From NCBI GenBank assembly GCA_973851085.1, contig OZ316775.1, forward strand, positions 7,006,001 to 7,070,000: DNA of 64,000 bases. Direction: 5' to 3'. Below are positions 41,401 to 53,099 of this stretch, in pieces. A program made the translations under genes and the position numbers. Numbering within the stretch: position 1 is the first letter of the stretch; every line of letters starts with the position of its first letter. Under the pieces are notes generated by a model. That model did no database searches. It saw only the letters and a program-made list of their open reading frames with translations, and had not been told where the DNA came from. This stretch comes from Ptychomitrium polyphyllum. Taxonomy: Eukaryota.

Positions 41401-44400
41401 GACGGGAGCTGGTCCAGAGGCTAGCTGTTGGGGACGCTACTCACAGCGCTTTGCTGAAGGCTTTACCTCCACGTTTACAAGACAGCAAGCATGTGCAAGA
41501 CTGCTTAAATCTGGTGGCGAAATATCGCAACCCATCTGGCATGCAACAGGTTGATTTCGTACTGGACTCTGTCGAGATCTGTTCCGTAACGTCTTTAACT
41601 TTAATCCCACCTGCGTGTCTTAGAATTATGTATGTTTGACAGGCCCTCCTTGTTGGTTTTGCCTCCTTAAGGAGTTTGATAGCCCGTGTTATTTATGTGT
41701 GGTTGCTTCGGTTTGTTTCCACTAACTTCTGTGACTCATGGTTTTTCTCAACAGGGTAAATATGTCTTGAGAGACGATTGTTGGTGTGAATTGGACCTTT
41801 ATCATCCTCGATGGAGTCCTCGGGAGCTCCAGTTAGCTGAGGATCGCTACTTGCGTGCATGTAAAGCTCCTGCTGTGTTCGCTCAACTACCACGCTGGAA
41901 GCAGCCTTTTAAGCAGTTGCAAAGCTTGGGTCGAGTTGTTATTTCTTCTCGAGTTCATGACATGCTTCGTTCTGTCTTCTTCCACGCCGCCTTTGCTGAG
42001 AATCTATCTGAATCACGATCACCGGAGGGATTGCTCTTCAGTGCGCTCCATCTACTTGCTTTAGCACTGGATGTTTGTGCTGCATATCAAAACAAAATGG
42101 GAGTTGAGGCCATCGTAACTGGATCTCTATCTCAGGACCTTAATGTACGTTCGGATGGCTCTAGTACCTCCAATCACAGCGATGTTGAGGAAATCCCACC
42201 ATTGTTGCTGGGCTCTGTGGAGAGGGTTAAAGTAGGAAGGGAAGATGGAACCATGATGGAAGAGCAACAGAATATGCTCTCTATACTGGTAATCCTTTTT
42301 CGAAAGAATAGTACAGCGGATAGCATGGGAACATCTGACATCGGCAACTACAGTGTCGGAGGTTTGATAAAGACCCTCTTACGACGGTTTGCTGAACTGA
42401 ACCAAAGTTGCATGGGTGAGCTAGAGTTGCTAGCTCCTGAGATTTTCCAGCGTATCGCTACTGCTGGTGCTACAATTTGGGCAGGTGGTTCAGGAGACAT
42501 CAATCAGAAGGATGATACCTTAGTTACTGAACTGGACAGAACAAGAGCTATAGCTCGAGAACGTCAGGCTGCTGTAATGGTAAGATGCAGCATGTCCTTC
42601 GTTTTGGTCTTGCAGGTTATGTTGTTCAATGCTATGGATTGAAATGCTTTTTGGTTTCATATGTCGAGTCCATTGTTAATGAGATGCTTTGACATTAATA
42701 GACATGACCTTACCTGCGTTTGTAATTTGTGGACACGTAATGTATAAATAATTAGGTCAACAGCAAGTATAAAGGTGACTTTGATCTCCGAGTTCCTTTC
42801 CGTCTTCTCCTTCGTCTAAGCTTCTTCCGTGCTTCTTTTAGTATGAAGGTATAAAATCACGCTAATGTTCGACGAGATGATTCTTTGTCATCTTACATTG
42901 GAAATGAATTAGGGCTAAAACTGGACAGGTTTGAGTCGTTAATCTGGTCAATAATTTGGAGATAAGGATGTGGGAAGGGGCAAGTTGTTTTCTGCAGTGC
43001 GGTCCTACAAAATTCGTGCTTCTTTTGGGTGTTGATCTTGGTAAATCCTATGGTTTTCATCGTATTACGTTTGCCACTGGGACACATAAAGAAAATCTTG
43101 TGGAAGATTCTTAACCTGTTGGTTGTGAGTTGCAGGCGAAAATGAAAGCCGCACAAGAGAGGTTTGCCGTGAATTACCATTCCGCAGAAGAGGGTAGTAG
43201 TCAAGGGCGAGGAGAAGGAGATGCAAAACGTGCAAGGGATTCAGAAGGGGAATCTAATGATGCCTCCAAAGATTCTCAAGTACACTGTGCACTATGTCGA
43301 GACTCGTCAAGTGCAAGTCCACTATGTTTCTTGATATTTATTCAGGTACTATTAGCCACCTCACCATTTCATGCCTTGTTAGTTTGCTGAGATCATGTGT
43401 ACTTGTGGTATAGTGATAAGGAAATTCCAATAGTTTTTTCTCTTCTTTGTACAAAGCATCCTATGCACTGCTTTCCCTGAATTTTATGATCATTGCTTTA
43501 AGCATACAAAGAACGGTAAGCTTTCTTGTCTTAGCTTCTTGTGATGATCACCTTTAGGATTTTGAAAAAGATCAAATGTCCTTTATTAATCTCTTCACTT
43601 CAGATGTGATAATAAGGTGCATGCTTCCAGACGGTTGCTTATCTGGTTTTGTCTACTTGTGTCTTGCAGAAATCTAAGCTCCTTGCGATAACAGAAAGGA
43701 CCACACCATCATGGGAGCGTCGTACAGTTACGGTTTTACCACAGGTGGAAAGGGAGGGTGAGACTCCTGGTGGACCAAGTAGTGTGAGCACCTCTGTTGG
43801 AGATGGTACATCTAGAGATTTTCAGAACACAGCAGAGCTATGGCGTTGGATACAGGAAGCTTTGGGAGATGCTCAGACTCGTTTGCTTGATGGAGAGGAC
43901 TTGTTGGAACTTCTTCGAAATGGTCTACCTCCAGGGATCCGGAATGCAGTTCGTGTGAACCCTGCAGTGACTTTAGACCCAACAGCTGCACCACCTGCTG
44001 ACACTGAATCCGAGGAAATAGAATCGAGCAGTGAGATTACTGAAGCAGAGGTTATCATTGAAGCTGGGACTAGCGATTCTCCAGGTTTGTAAACTCAATT
44101 TCTGGATCTTTGTTTGATTAGTTTGTTCTACATTCCACTTTGATACGATTCTACTTGCAAGAGTTGCTCAGTTGAATGTTGATCGATATTGATTAAAATG
44201 TTTTAGGAGATCGTGTCCATTGATTGTTCCAATATGATCATGTGAAACATGATCTATTGCAGTCTTCTATACCTTAGTACATCTGGTGAATTTCAACTCC
44301 AGCTTGTACATTATATTAGGATTCAAATTACTGGATCAAACCGTGAAATTTTTAGGCTTTTGTTGAGTTGATGTATGAGCTTGGATTGATCGTGTTCAAT

Positions 44401-47400
44401 GTTGTTGTGGAATCGCTATTTCTCTTCATATTCTTTAATAAAACGAAAATGATGTATTTCCCTTATTCTTAAAATATATATTTATGTAGGTTTGATGGAT
44501 TCTACAGGTGCTCTGCCTGTGAACTGGTGGGAGGACAATCATGGAGGAGCTGAGCAAGGAGAGAGTGATACTAACAGGGACATTGCAGCGGCAACTGTCT
44601 TAGCAGAGTACGTTGCAGCTGTCTCTCGACCTCAAGAATGGGTTCGCCGAGGAGGAACAGAATCACCACGACCGGTGGATGTAGAACAAGGACGAGAAGG
44701 TAATCTAACTCGTGCGAGGAGGGCTGCTGCACGCAGTGCCCCACCAATTGCTGAGGCGAGTTTGTACAACAGCATTGGAATGAATGACACCGTTGGCGTC
44801 TATCTTTCTGCTTGTGGACATGCTGTCCACCAGGACTGTCGAGACCGTTACTTTTCTTCACTCTTGCAAAGGTGGGTGTATATCCTACTGGAGTTTTTGA
44901 AACGTATAACCAGTTTTTAGTTAAGTTTAAGTCCTAAAATTTGTGATGTACAAGCATCCAACTACGTGCAACTTTGATTGGACATATTTGCTATTCTGTA
45001 AATTTCTCGTGCATCTATTGTTATAGCATTGTCATTTATTGTGGGTTTCTGGATAAGGGTATTGACCATACTCAACGTGATTGCTGGTGCCTCAGATATT
45101 ATAGCAGAGCTCTGTTTGAGGGAGTGCAGATTGTGGACCCTGACCTGGTATGTTCTATTTAGTCATTCCTTCTAATAATTCTTCATTTGAAAATGTTGAG
45201 GTCAATGCTTATCCAGTTTACAACGTTTAGATCTGCTAGTATGACAAAGCATGATGCAAGTTTGATGATTGTTTTTGTTGTCTGGTGTAAATTACACCAC
45301 TAAAGGAGTCTGACTAAGTTTGTGTTCGTGTGTCATATTTTTGGTCATAGGGGGAGTTTCTTTGTCCTGTTTGCCGGCGGCTTGCAAACTCAGTTCTTCC
45401 AGTTCTACCCGGCCATACAGGATTGAACAGTCCACTTAAAACTCCAAGCATACCACAGCTTTCATTGCGTGGTACTTCTGGTAGTCCAGTCATCCTGCAA
45501 TTGGAGCATGCATTGCGATTGCTCGTCAAAGCCGAAGAGTTAGTGTCTAAGTCTGGTTTTCGGAAAGTGGTTGATCCACAACTTCCTGATACAGTGAAGG
45601 GGGTTCTGGAAGATCTTGCGAAGCGACTCTGTGGGTTATTTTATCCTGAAAAGGACCCATTTATTACCATCAAACATGGTCGAGTACATCAAGGCCTTCT
45701 GCTTTGGGACGTCTTCCGCTACTCGCTTATGTCAGCAGAATTGGCTGCTCGGAATCACAAAATCACTGAGAATATTGCTAACGGCTTGGTTGCGTTGGTG
45801 AATGTGGGTGATGCAACACATGGCTCTGTTTTGCCTCTCCTACTTCATGCTGCTAAAGCCACTCAGAGTCAAAGTCGTCAGGCTGTTCTGCTGAGAGCAA
45901 GGGGCATGCAATTGCTGCTGGACTCTATTGCTAATGGCATTTCCAGGGACTTGTTCGCGGAGAAGGCATTACATGGTAGGAAAGAAGCCCCAATACGATT
46001 AAGAATTTTCTGTGATCGCATGACGTAATTGCATGAGGTCATGATAAATTGAAAATCTTGAACACTCAAAATTGTCTTGTTGGCCTGCGATGCTTTATCC
46101 GTTTTTTATCTGTTACTAAGTGTTAAAGCTGCAGTAACTTCAACATATTCGTTTCGGGTCTATGTTTGAACTTGGAATTCCCTGGTAACTTGCCAGAGGT
46201 ATCGACATACTAAGTTTATTTGTGCTGTTCCTGCATAATTTTACTTACCTCTCTTTTCTTTATCTAGGACATTCTGATTCTAATCGACCAGATCGTGTTG
46301 TGGTGCAGGGAATTTTTCTTCTCTTTTGCAGTATCTAGATAGAGGACATGATGCGGCAGATGTACAGTTTTGGAAGAGAATGGCAGATCCAGTATTAGTT
46401 CACGATTCTTTCTCCTCGTTCCTGTGGCTGCTCTTTTGCCTGCCGTTACCATTCCCTGCAAATGGAGCACCATTTACAGCACTTGTTCACCTTTTTTATT
46501 TGGTGTCTGTAATTCAGGTATCGGCTGCTCTTGAGAATGTTTTATTTTGAAGGAATTATTTTATGCACGTTAACGTATTGATTAGGTGCTATCACATCAT
46601 TGTGAAACAACCTCTGAGAGTCTCTTTAATCTTGTAATGTTTAGAAACATGTGAGGCACTCGTGAGAGGTTGGATTCTTCCACTGCTGAACAATATTAAC
46701 GCTTTAGTTAACAGCCCTATATGATATGGTTTTTGTCAGTCTCTTTGCACTTCACAATGTCACATATTTTGTTGTGCTTAACTGGCAGTTTAAGGCTTGG
46801 CTGCAGGTTATCGCGCAGGCTGGTGCGTTCTTGGCTTTTGACGCGGAGTTAGCACCATCCACAGTGTCTTTCGTGGCAGCCGTGCATGCCGGCTTGGTTG
46901 GAACATGTCTTCAACCCCTGCCAGATGATGAAAATACACCTATTCTTGCGGGTCCTCCTTTGGTTATAATCAGGCGCTTGACGCTTCCTTTTCTCCGCCG
47001 CTGTTATTTGCTGCAAAATTTGATGGCAGGTTCAGGCCAAGTACTTCCCATTGCTAGGGCTCATCAGTGGGAGCTACCCCAGGGGCATGGGATTCCATCA
47101 GGTTCATCTTCTTCTAGTGGTTCAGAGGATGTAGAGAGACAGATTTTGCAGGAGCTGGAAGAGTTGGACCAATTAGAGAGTGTTTTTTGTATTCCACCTT
47201 TGGCGAAACTCCTTGAGGAGGATAGAGTTCAGAACCTTGTGTTAAGTTGGTGCAGACATGTGAAGTCTGACACAGGGGTGCGATACTTTCGCCAAGCTCC
47301 ACGATTAACAACAGCTGCTCCGTTCAGAATGATGCAGCTGCCCCGTTTATTTCAGGATCTTCTCCAGCGGTATGTGTTCCTTGTGAAATTAGAACTATCT

Positions 47401-49413
47401 AACAAGAGGACATAATGTTCCTTTCAGTTTTCTATGATTAGTTTGGAACTAGATGAGTGATCTCAATGGTGACTTCGATGTGCTTTTCCATTATTTTTCT
47501 GATGTTTGTGGTGCAGTAAGAAGCTAGGAACATGTAATTATTGGGTCAAGTGTTTGTAAGGGCCAAGCGTACGCTTACAAATAAATAAGAGGCACTTTAA
47601 ACTTGAATGAGTCTGTTGTGCAGATATGTTAAAGAGCGGTGTCCTCGATGTAACACAGTCCCTGAACGGCCAGCCTTGTGTCTTATGTGTGGAGCCCTCT
47701 GTTGTGCAGTCAGTCCACGTTCTTGCTGCAGGTTATTCCTTCACTCTGCACATTTTTGAAGTTGCATTTACTATGTGAAATAATTTTCTGGATCCTATTG
47801 AAAACTTCTTATTATCTGGGTTAAACTGAACAAGGCTTGTATAATGTGATTTTAATATCTTGATCTGTGTTTTGAATAACATCTCAAGAGGTAGTATTCC
47901 TTAGTTTGTATGTCATGTACTAACATCAGCAATTTTCTCTATTCTCTTACTTCGTGTTCTGTTTTGAGATATCGAATATTCTAGATGTTTGTGTGCATGC
48001 GGTAGCACAGAAAGTTTATTCCTTTCTATTGATCACGGAATGACGTGAGTTGATCGTGCGCATCAAGGATTATATATGATCCACTGCGGGACCGAACATT
48101 AATGTGCAATGATCATTAATTGCGCCCTAAGAAAGCAAAAAAATGTTTCTTAAACTTTTTGCAGCCGATATTTTAGCCCAGAGGCTTTAGCGCTTCGTTC
48201 GGGGGTCTTTGGCCTTAACTCCATGCGCTTTATTATATTCAATATGGGAAACCTCAAATAAAAAATGATTTTCTGCCTCTTTTAACCATTTTAGCCTCCG
48301 TGGTACAGCTTTTGTAGAATACTGCCTTCTACCTGTTGGTGATTGCTAGTACATCTTGAACTCAGCATTATTTTTGCCTTCTTCCAAATCGAAATCTTTT
48401 CCGTCATGGAAAAGCCCAATACTAAAGCCGCTTGATAATTGTCTTCTGGAACAGTATGAATCGGCAAGGTGAATGCTACAGGCATGCCATGGTCTGCGGA
48501 GCAGGCATTGGTGTATTTTTGATGTTGCGGGTAAGTCTTCTATGTGAATTGTACTCGTAGTATTTTGCTGTCGTACATAACTTAGATCAGGAGGAGAGAG
48601 CTAGAGTATGCATACTACTGTTATCTACTGTAGTATGTACCTTAGTTGTTGGATGCATGCTGTAAGATTGTTTCTCATTACTAAACAAGTTGCTTGTCCC
48701 TTTCTGTAGTCATTTTGTTAGAGACAAGAAATGACTGAATACTTTGTTCTTTCAGAGGACCAATATTCTTTTGCAACGGTGCGAGCGACAAGCTATGTGG
48801 CCATCACCGTATCTTGATGCTTTTGGAGAAGAGGTATAACTCTTGTTTATCATGAGTGCAATCTCTAGTTATTGTGTATATTATATGAATGAAATTCCGT
48901 ACTATCTACTTTGACTGGTTATGTTTGCCTTGCATTTGTGTACTTGATATTTCTTTTTCTCCTACAATTTTACTTTACAGGACATCGAGTTGCGGAGAGG
49001 GAAGCCTTTATATTTGAGTCAAGAAAGATATTCTGCTCTGACTGCTATGGTATGTTAGTCTGGAATGGGTTTAAAAGGTTATCTTGTATGTTTTGTTTCA
49101 CAGCTCCGACAAACTTGGATCTAATCTTTAATTTATGTGGTGATTTTGATTCTGATTCTCGCAAGAGTATGGAAAGAAATGTCGTAATTAATTTCATTTA
49201 CTGTTATTAATACGAGTACCACTGGCTTTTTTGAGCGCCTTTAGTACTTCAGAATAACTATAGCCATTTCAAACTTTCTCTTCCTGTCTTGTTTATGATC
49301 TGCTCCGTGCAAAAGAAGAATTGAGCATTTGGAATTCTTTGCAGGTAGCTGCACATGGACTGGATTATAGCTCACCAGTGTTGTCACACACAACTCGTGA
49401 CACTGTATTTTGA
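35491..49413 (+). CDS. PRT6: E3 ubiquitin ligase PROTEOLYSIS 6 (UBR1-like N-recognin), ~19 exons
   Basis: Exon 1 35491-35607 splices in frame to 36976 (EAIIQ/RLIKCGVP). UBR box GVCGAVW..AYRCRTCEHDPTCAICVPCF..HSTHDY..GGGCCDCGD..WKQSGFCSRH. Other motifs: FSVQLFTVPTL, VSFHIPLHR, MEHPLR..AGMWRRNG, GDATHS, ELDLYHPRW, split RING (CALCRD..ACGHAVHQDC..GEFLCPVCRRLANSVLP). C-terminal PALCLMCG, CGAGIGVFL, WPSPYLDAFGEEDIELRRGKPLYL. Stop at 49411-49413. Confidence 0.96.
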
Positions 49414-51072
49414 GTTCTAATTCTGAGGTCCTTGGACACTAAATATGCCTCACGTGAATGACCACGAAGGAAAGGTATTGCGCTCACCGTTCTTGGACTG
49501 CTCAACACATTTTTCCAATGGGTTTGGAGGAAATCCATGTTCTAATCCAGTAATATTTGTGAGCTGCTTCTGTGAATAACTGAATCATCCTAACTGTATT
49601 CATTTGATTACTGAGCATTGAACTGTTCTACGTTTCCTGTAAATTACCTTCAGTTGCTGTTAGTGTCAGATATGGTTCTCCAAGTTGATTTGTTTTCAAG
49701 TTTCCCTTAGGTTTGATAAGTTGGATATTGGCTAATTAGTTTTTGTATTTATCCTTGCAGCTCTCTATCTGTTCGATCCTGGACGAGTGGAATTCTGGAA
49801 GTTCTTTGAATTCTGGTGGGTGTGTATTGATCAAATTCCAGGTCCACATGAACGTTACAGACGTGGAAGTTACGTCAATATGTGCAGAAAGTATATATGT
49901 AGCATATACAAACATTAACGACTGCTTAACAAACATGTACTTTTGGGTGCACTTGTTGAGCACGCTGAGGTTGCTAATCCTTCAATATTGAACGAGATTG
50001 GCAACATCTCCACGCAATTTTAGGCGCACAATCAATTGTGGCACAAGCGACCTGCACGAAGAGTACTGGCGCTTCTTTAGAAGAAGCCATTCCTGTTTGA
50101 ACATGAACAGGAAGGAAAATTGGGGATCCCACCCACGCAGCTTTGAAGCTGTCTTTGTAAATTACAAACCATGGGGAAACTCGCAACCGGTCAACTAGGT
50201 TTCAATCCGGTCGCAGTGAAAGTTTCTCAATGGGAATCAGAGCAACCCCTCAAATTTCATGCAGCTCTGCACTTGCAGCAACTCACCGAGTGATCTTATA
50301 GAATCAAAATTTATCTTGATTTATTACAGTTACCAAAACTATCATTTTCATAGACTTACCTTCAGCTAAAGAAGCCTTCTGCTGTTGTCGGACTTGGAGT
50401 CGCGACCGCACAAGATTCCCTCTCAACAAGAAATTTAGTAAATCAAACACCAGACCGCAGTTGGCTGGACTTTCTTCAAATGCGAAGTGGTCTAATCCTA
50501 ACTATCACATTATATTCGGCCTACTTATCCCAAGTAACTTTCTACTTTTTACGCCAGAAGGCATCGTGACTGCCACGTTTAGAAATTACCGTAATACAGT
50601 ATAGTTATTGATTCCCACAGCGGGTGAGGTACATAGTGCTGCACGGGCGCCCTCCCCACGCAGCTCGTACGGTGTCTGGGCCTTGTGGCGTCCTGAACTC
50701 CTGGCCACCCTTTCCTTCCCATCTGAACTGCGACGTCTGTTTGGACCAACTGCCACCACCTCTCCTTCACAGCTTCCTCACCTAGTCGCTGTCTCCAGGC
50801 TGCTCTTGCCATCGAGCTAGTATCGTTGCAGCTCCCAAGGCGACGTCTTCCTGTTGCTAGACTTTCCGTGAAGCGAACTTGAGTTCTAGTGTTCCGCTGC
50901 TGCACTTCAGTTGGGAGTCTTAGCTCGGTCAGATTCAAGTCCTCTGTTGCGTACTTTGCTGACGATTTTGTATGTGATGTTAGTTGGCAGACGATGTTTT
51001 GGTGAAATCTAGCAACTAGAGTAGCAGGTTTGATTAGTTCTGTTCACAGGTGGCTAGCTGGAAGGAATTTTG

Positions 51073-51156
51073 GAAGGCTTTTTCTGCAGAGAAGTCGGTG
51101 GCGAGCAGTTGCCTTTTTGGTGACTATTGCACGCCGGCTTCGTTTCAGAGAGCTTC
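51073..51156 (+). ncRNA. Candidate pre-miRNA-like hairpin in an apparently spliced non-coding transcript
   Basis: gaagtcggtggcgagcagttgcc (51091-51113) pairs with ggtgactattgcacgccggcttc (51119-51141) around a T5 loop. The stem extends via ggc..tttctg/cagagagct and uses many G:U pairs. Confidence 0.4.
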
Positions 51157-52311
51157 GTTGTGTTGAGTCTTAACTCTGCGGACGTGCTTTTTCCGGGGCG
51201 AGAGTGGAGAAGATGTACTTGTTTCAAAGGTTTTTCTTAAGTTTGGAAGGAGAGGCTTTGACAGTATTAGACGAAGTGGTGGTTCTGGTCTAAGCTCCTG
51301 CATTGGCTCTCAATTGTGCTCTACTGCGCTTGCACGAATGATTGGTTGTTTGTTTGCAGTTGAAGTAACTTGGGAAGTGGTTGGTTTTTCCTAGATACTT
51401 TCAAGATGTTTAAGCCTTGCTTTTTTTAGAAATTTGAAGAATGGAATGTTTTGAAGTGAGAAGTCAGAAAACTGAACCAAATTGTGGTGCAGGTAGGATT
51501 GACTCTTGGGAGTTTGAACTGTAGAATCCAGCGACTAGGTTCTTGGCAAATTGGGGCAGAAGTTGAGACTAAAACAAGGAGGAACCGCCTCCAAAGCACT
51601 CCACCAAATTCTGAAAATCCGTGCTATAATTGGCGCGTGCTTCCGTAGGATGCTGCGCACGTGAATCCTGCACAAATTTATCCATTCCGATTGACGGGCA
51701 GGGTGCACACGAAGACTGGCTTAATGGAGGGATTCGCTACACCGCTGTAAGTGGACCACTTCTACCTTCCACCAACTCGTGGAAATAGCTAGAATTCACT
51801 TACAGGTTACATGGCCATGATACATAAACTTGAATCGCTAATATTCACTGCGCTGGGTGAGTATGTAGTACTACTCTGGATCGAATTCATTGCATGGTTA
51901 AACTTACATAAGGGAGGAGTGTACACACCTCGGCTGACCTTCTGATTCTCCTGCAACCCGGAACTTCCAAATTTGCCATTGATGAGCAAATTTTATGCGT
52001 ACGCTACTGTAGATCTTTGTAGCTCTTTTGAAGGTCGAATCCGTGCTACCGCTGAAGGCTCTTTCTTTGTGGTTAGACGGGAGTGTGGAGGTAGGAGAGG
52101 GTGACGGCAGCTAAGAATGCCAATATTTGCCTCCACAAGCGGCTTCGTGAGCCTACTTCGAAACCCATGTACCCTTGCTGCATATGTGTTCCTGGCTCCT
52201 TAGCCCTTGTTTACACCAAAAAAGGTGACCCAAAAACGAATTCTCATCGTGAAGACTGATCATCATACGGCGACGCTTTGTCACAAACTCTACGATCTTT
52301 TCGTCAGCGCC

Positions 52312-52868
52312 ATGAGCGCGAAAAAGGAGCAACTACAGCCAACCACAGTCGCTGACTCTAGTTCCGACCAAGACGACACGGCACATAGCCCTGGGTAGAT
52401 CAAACCTCCCGAAAACAAATCCTGGAGTTGATATCGAAACAGTGTAGACATATCCATTTAGTGTTCTAATCGTCGCAAGGTTACATGAATACCCCCAATT
52501 CTTTGCGTTTGTAGAAGACTGCTCGTGAACCTGGGGACGAGTCAGTGCCAGCTAGAGGCCATCAGGAGATTACACAACTCGCTCGATCCGGAGCGCTTCT
52601 ATTTGGAGTTGAGCTCATGCCAGACAGCCACAGCATGAGCATTGTGGAACCATGTGATTCACGATCCTTTACTAGAAGTGTTGCCCGAAGACGTGTACCT
52701 GAGAGGATTGCAGGAGGAAGTGCACCATGACCTTAACAAAACAAAAAGCACGCGAGACTGCAGAAGTCACGATGGTCGTGCGAACACTCTGGTTCGACGC
52801 TCGTGTCTCAGAAGCTCTCGCTTGTTTCGATTCCTCCACCGATCCCCCGGTCGTTCTCTTGGGAGCCG
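52312..52868 (+). pseudogene. Disabled, truncated LCM-family (leucine carboxyl methyltransferase-like) SAM-dependent methyltransferase
   Basis: Putative exon 1 52312-52394 splices in phase to 52515. Translation SSCQTATA*ALWNHVIHDPLLEVL..VRTLWFDARV..VVLLGAG matches plant LCM-family methyltransferase motifs. In-frame TGA at 52636-52638, frameshift at ~52750-52757, donor at 52869 and no recognisable later exons. Confidence 0.75.
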
Positions 52869-53099
52869 GTAATTTGCTTGCTACCTGAACACATAGCAAC
52901 AGCAATACCATCACCATTTAGCCTCAACGCCATGTTCATAGGAATGGAACAGAACAAGAACAACAATTTGGGACTCTTTAGCGCCTGCATAACCAATGCA
53001 AGCATTGTAATGTTAACATACATTCTAAATGTAGAGGATTTTGGCTACTTTCTCAAATCATCAATATTATACAAAACAAAAGAATGACTAATTAATTTT

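Noticed and set aside
51553..51860. DUF863-like start (GAEVETK)
   Set aside because: No ATG, multiple stops, and the conserved TMLxHExxFxxQVxELHRLY motif is not present.
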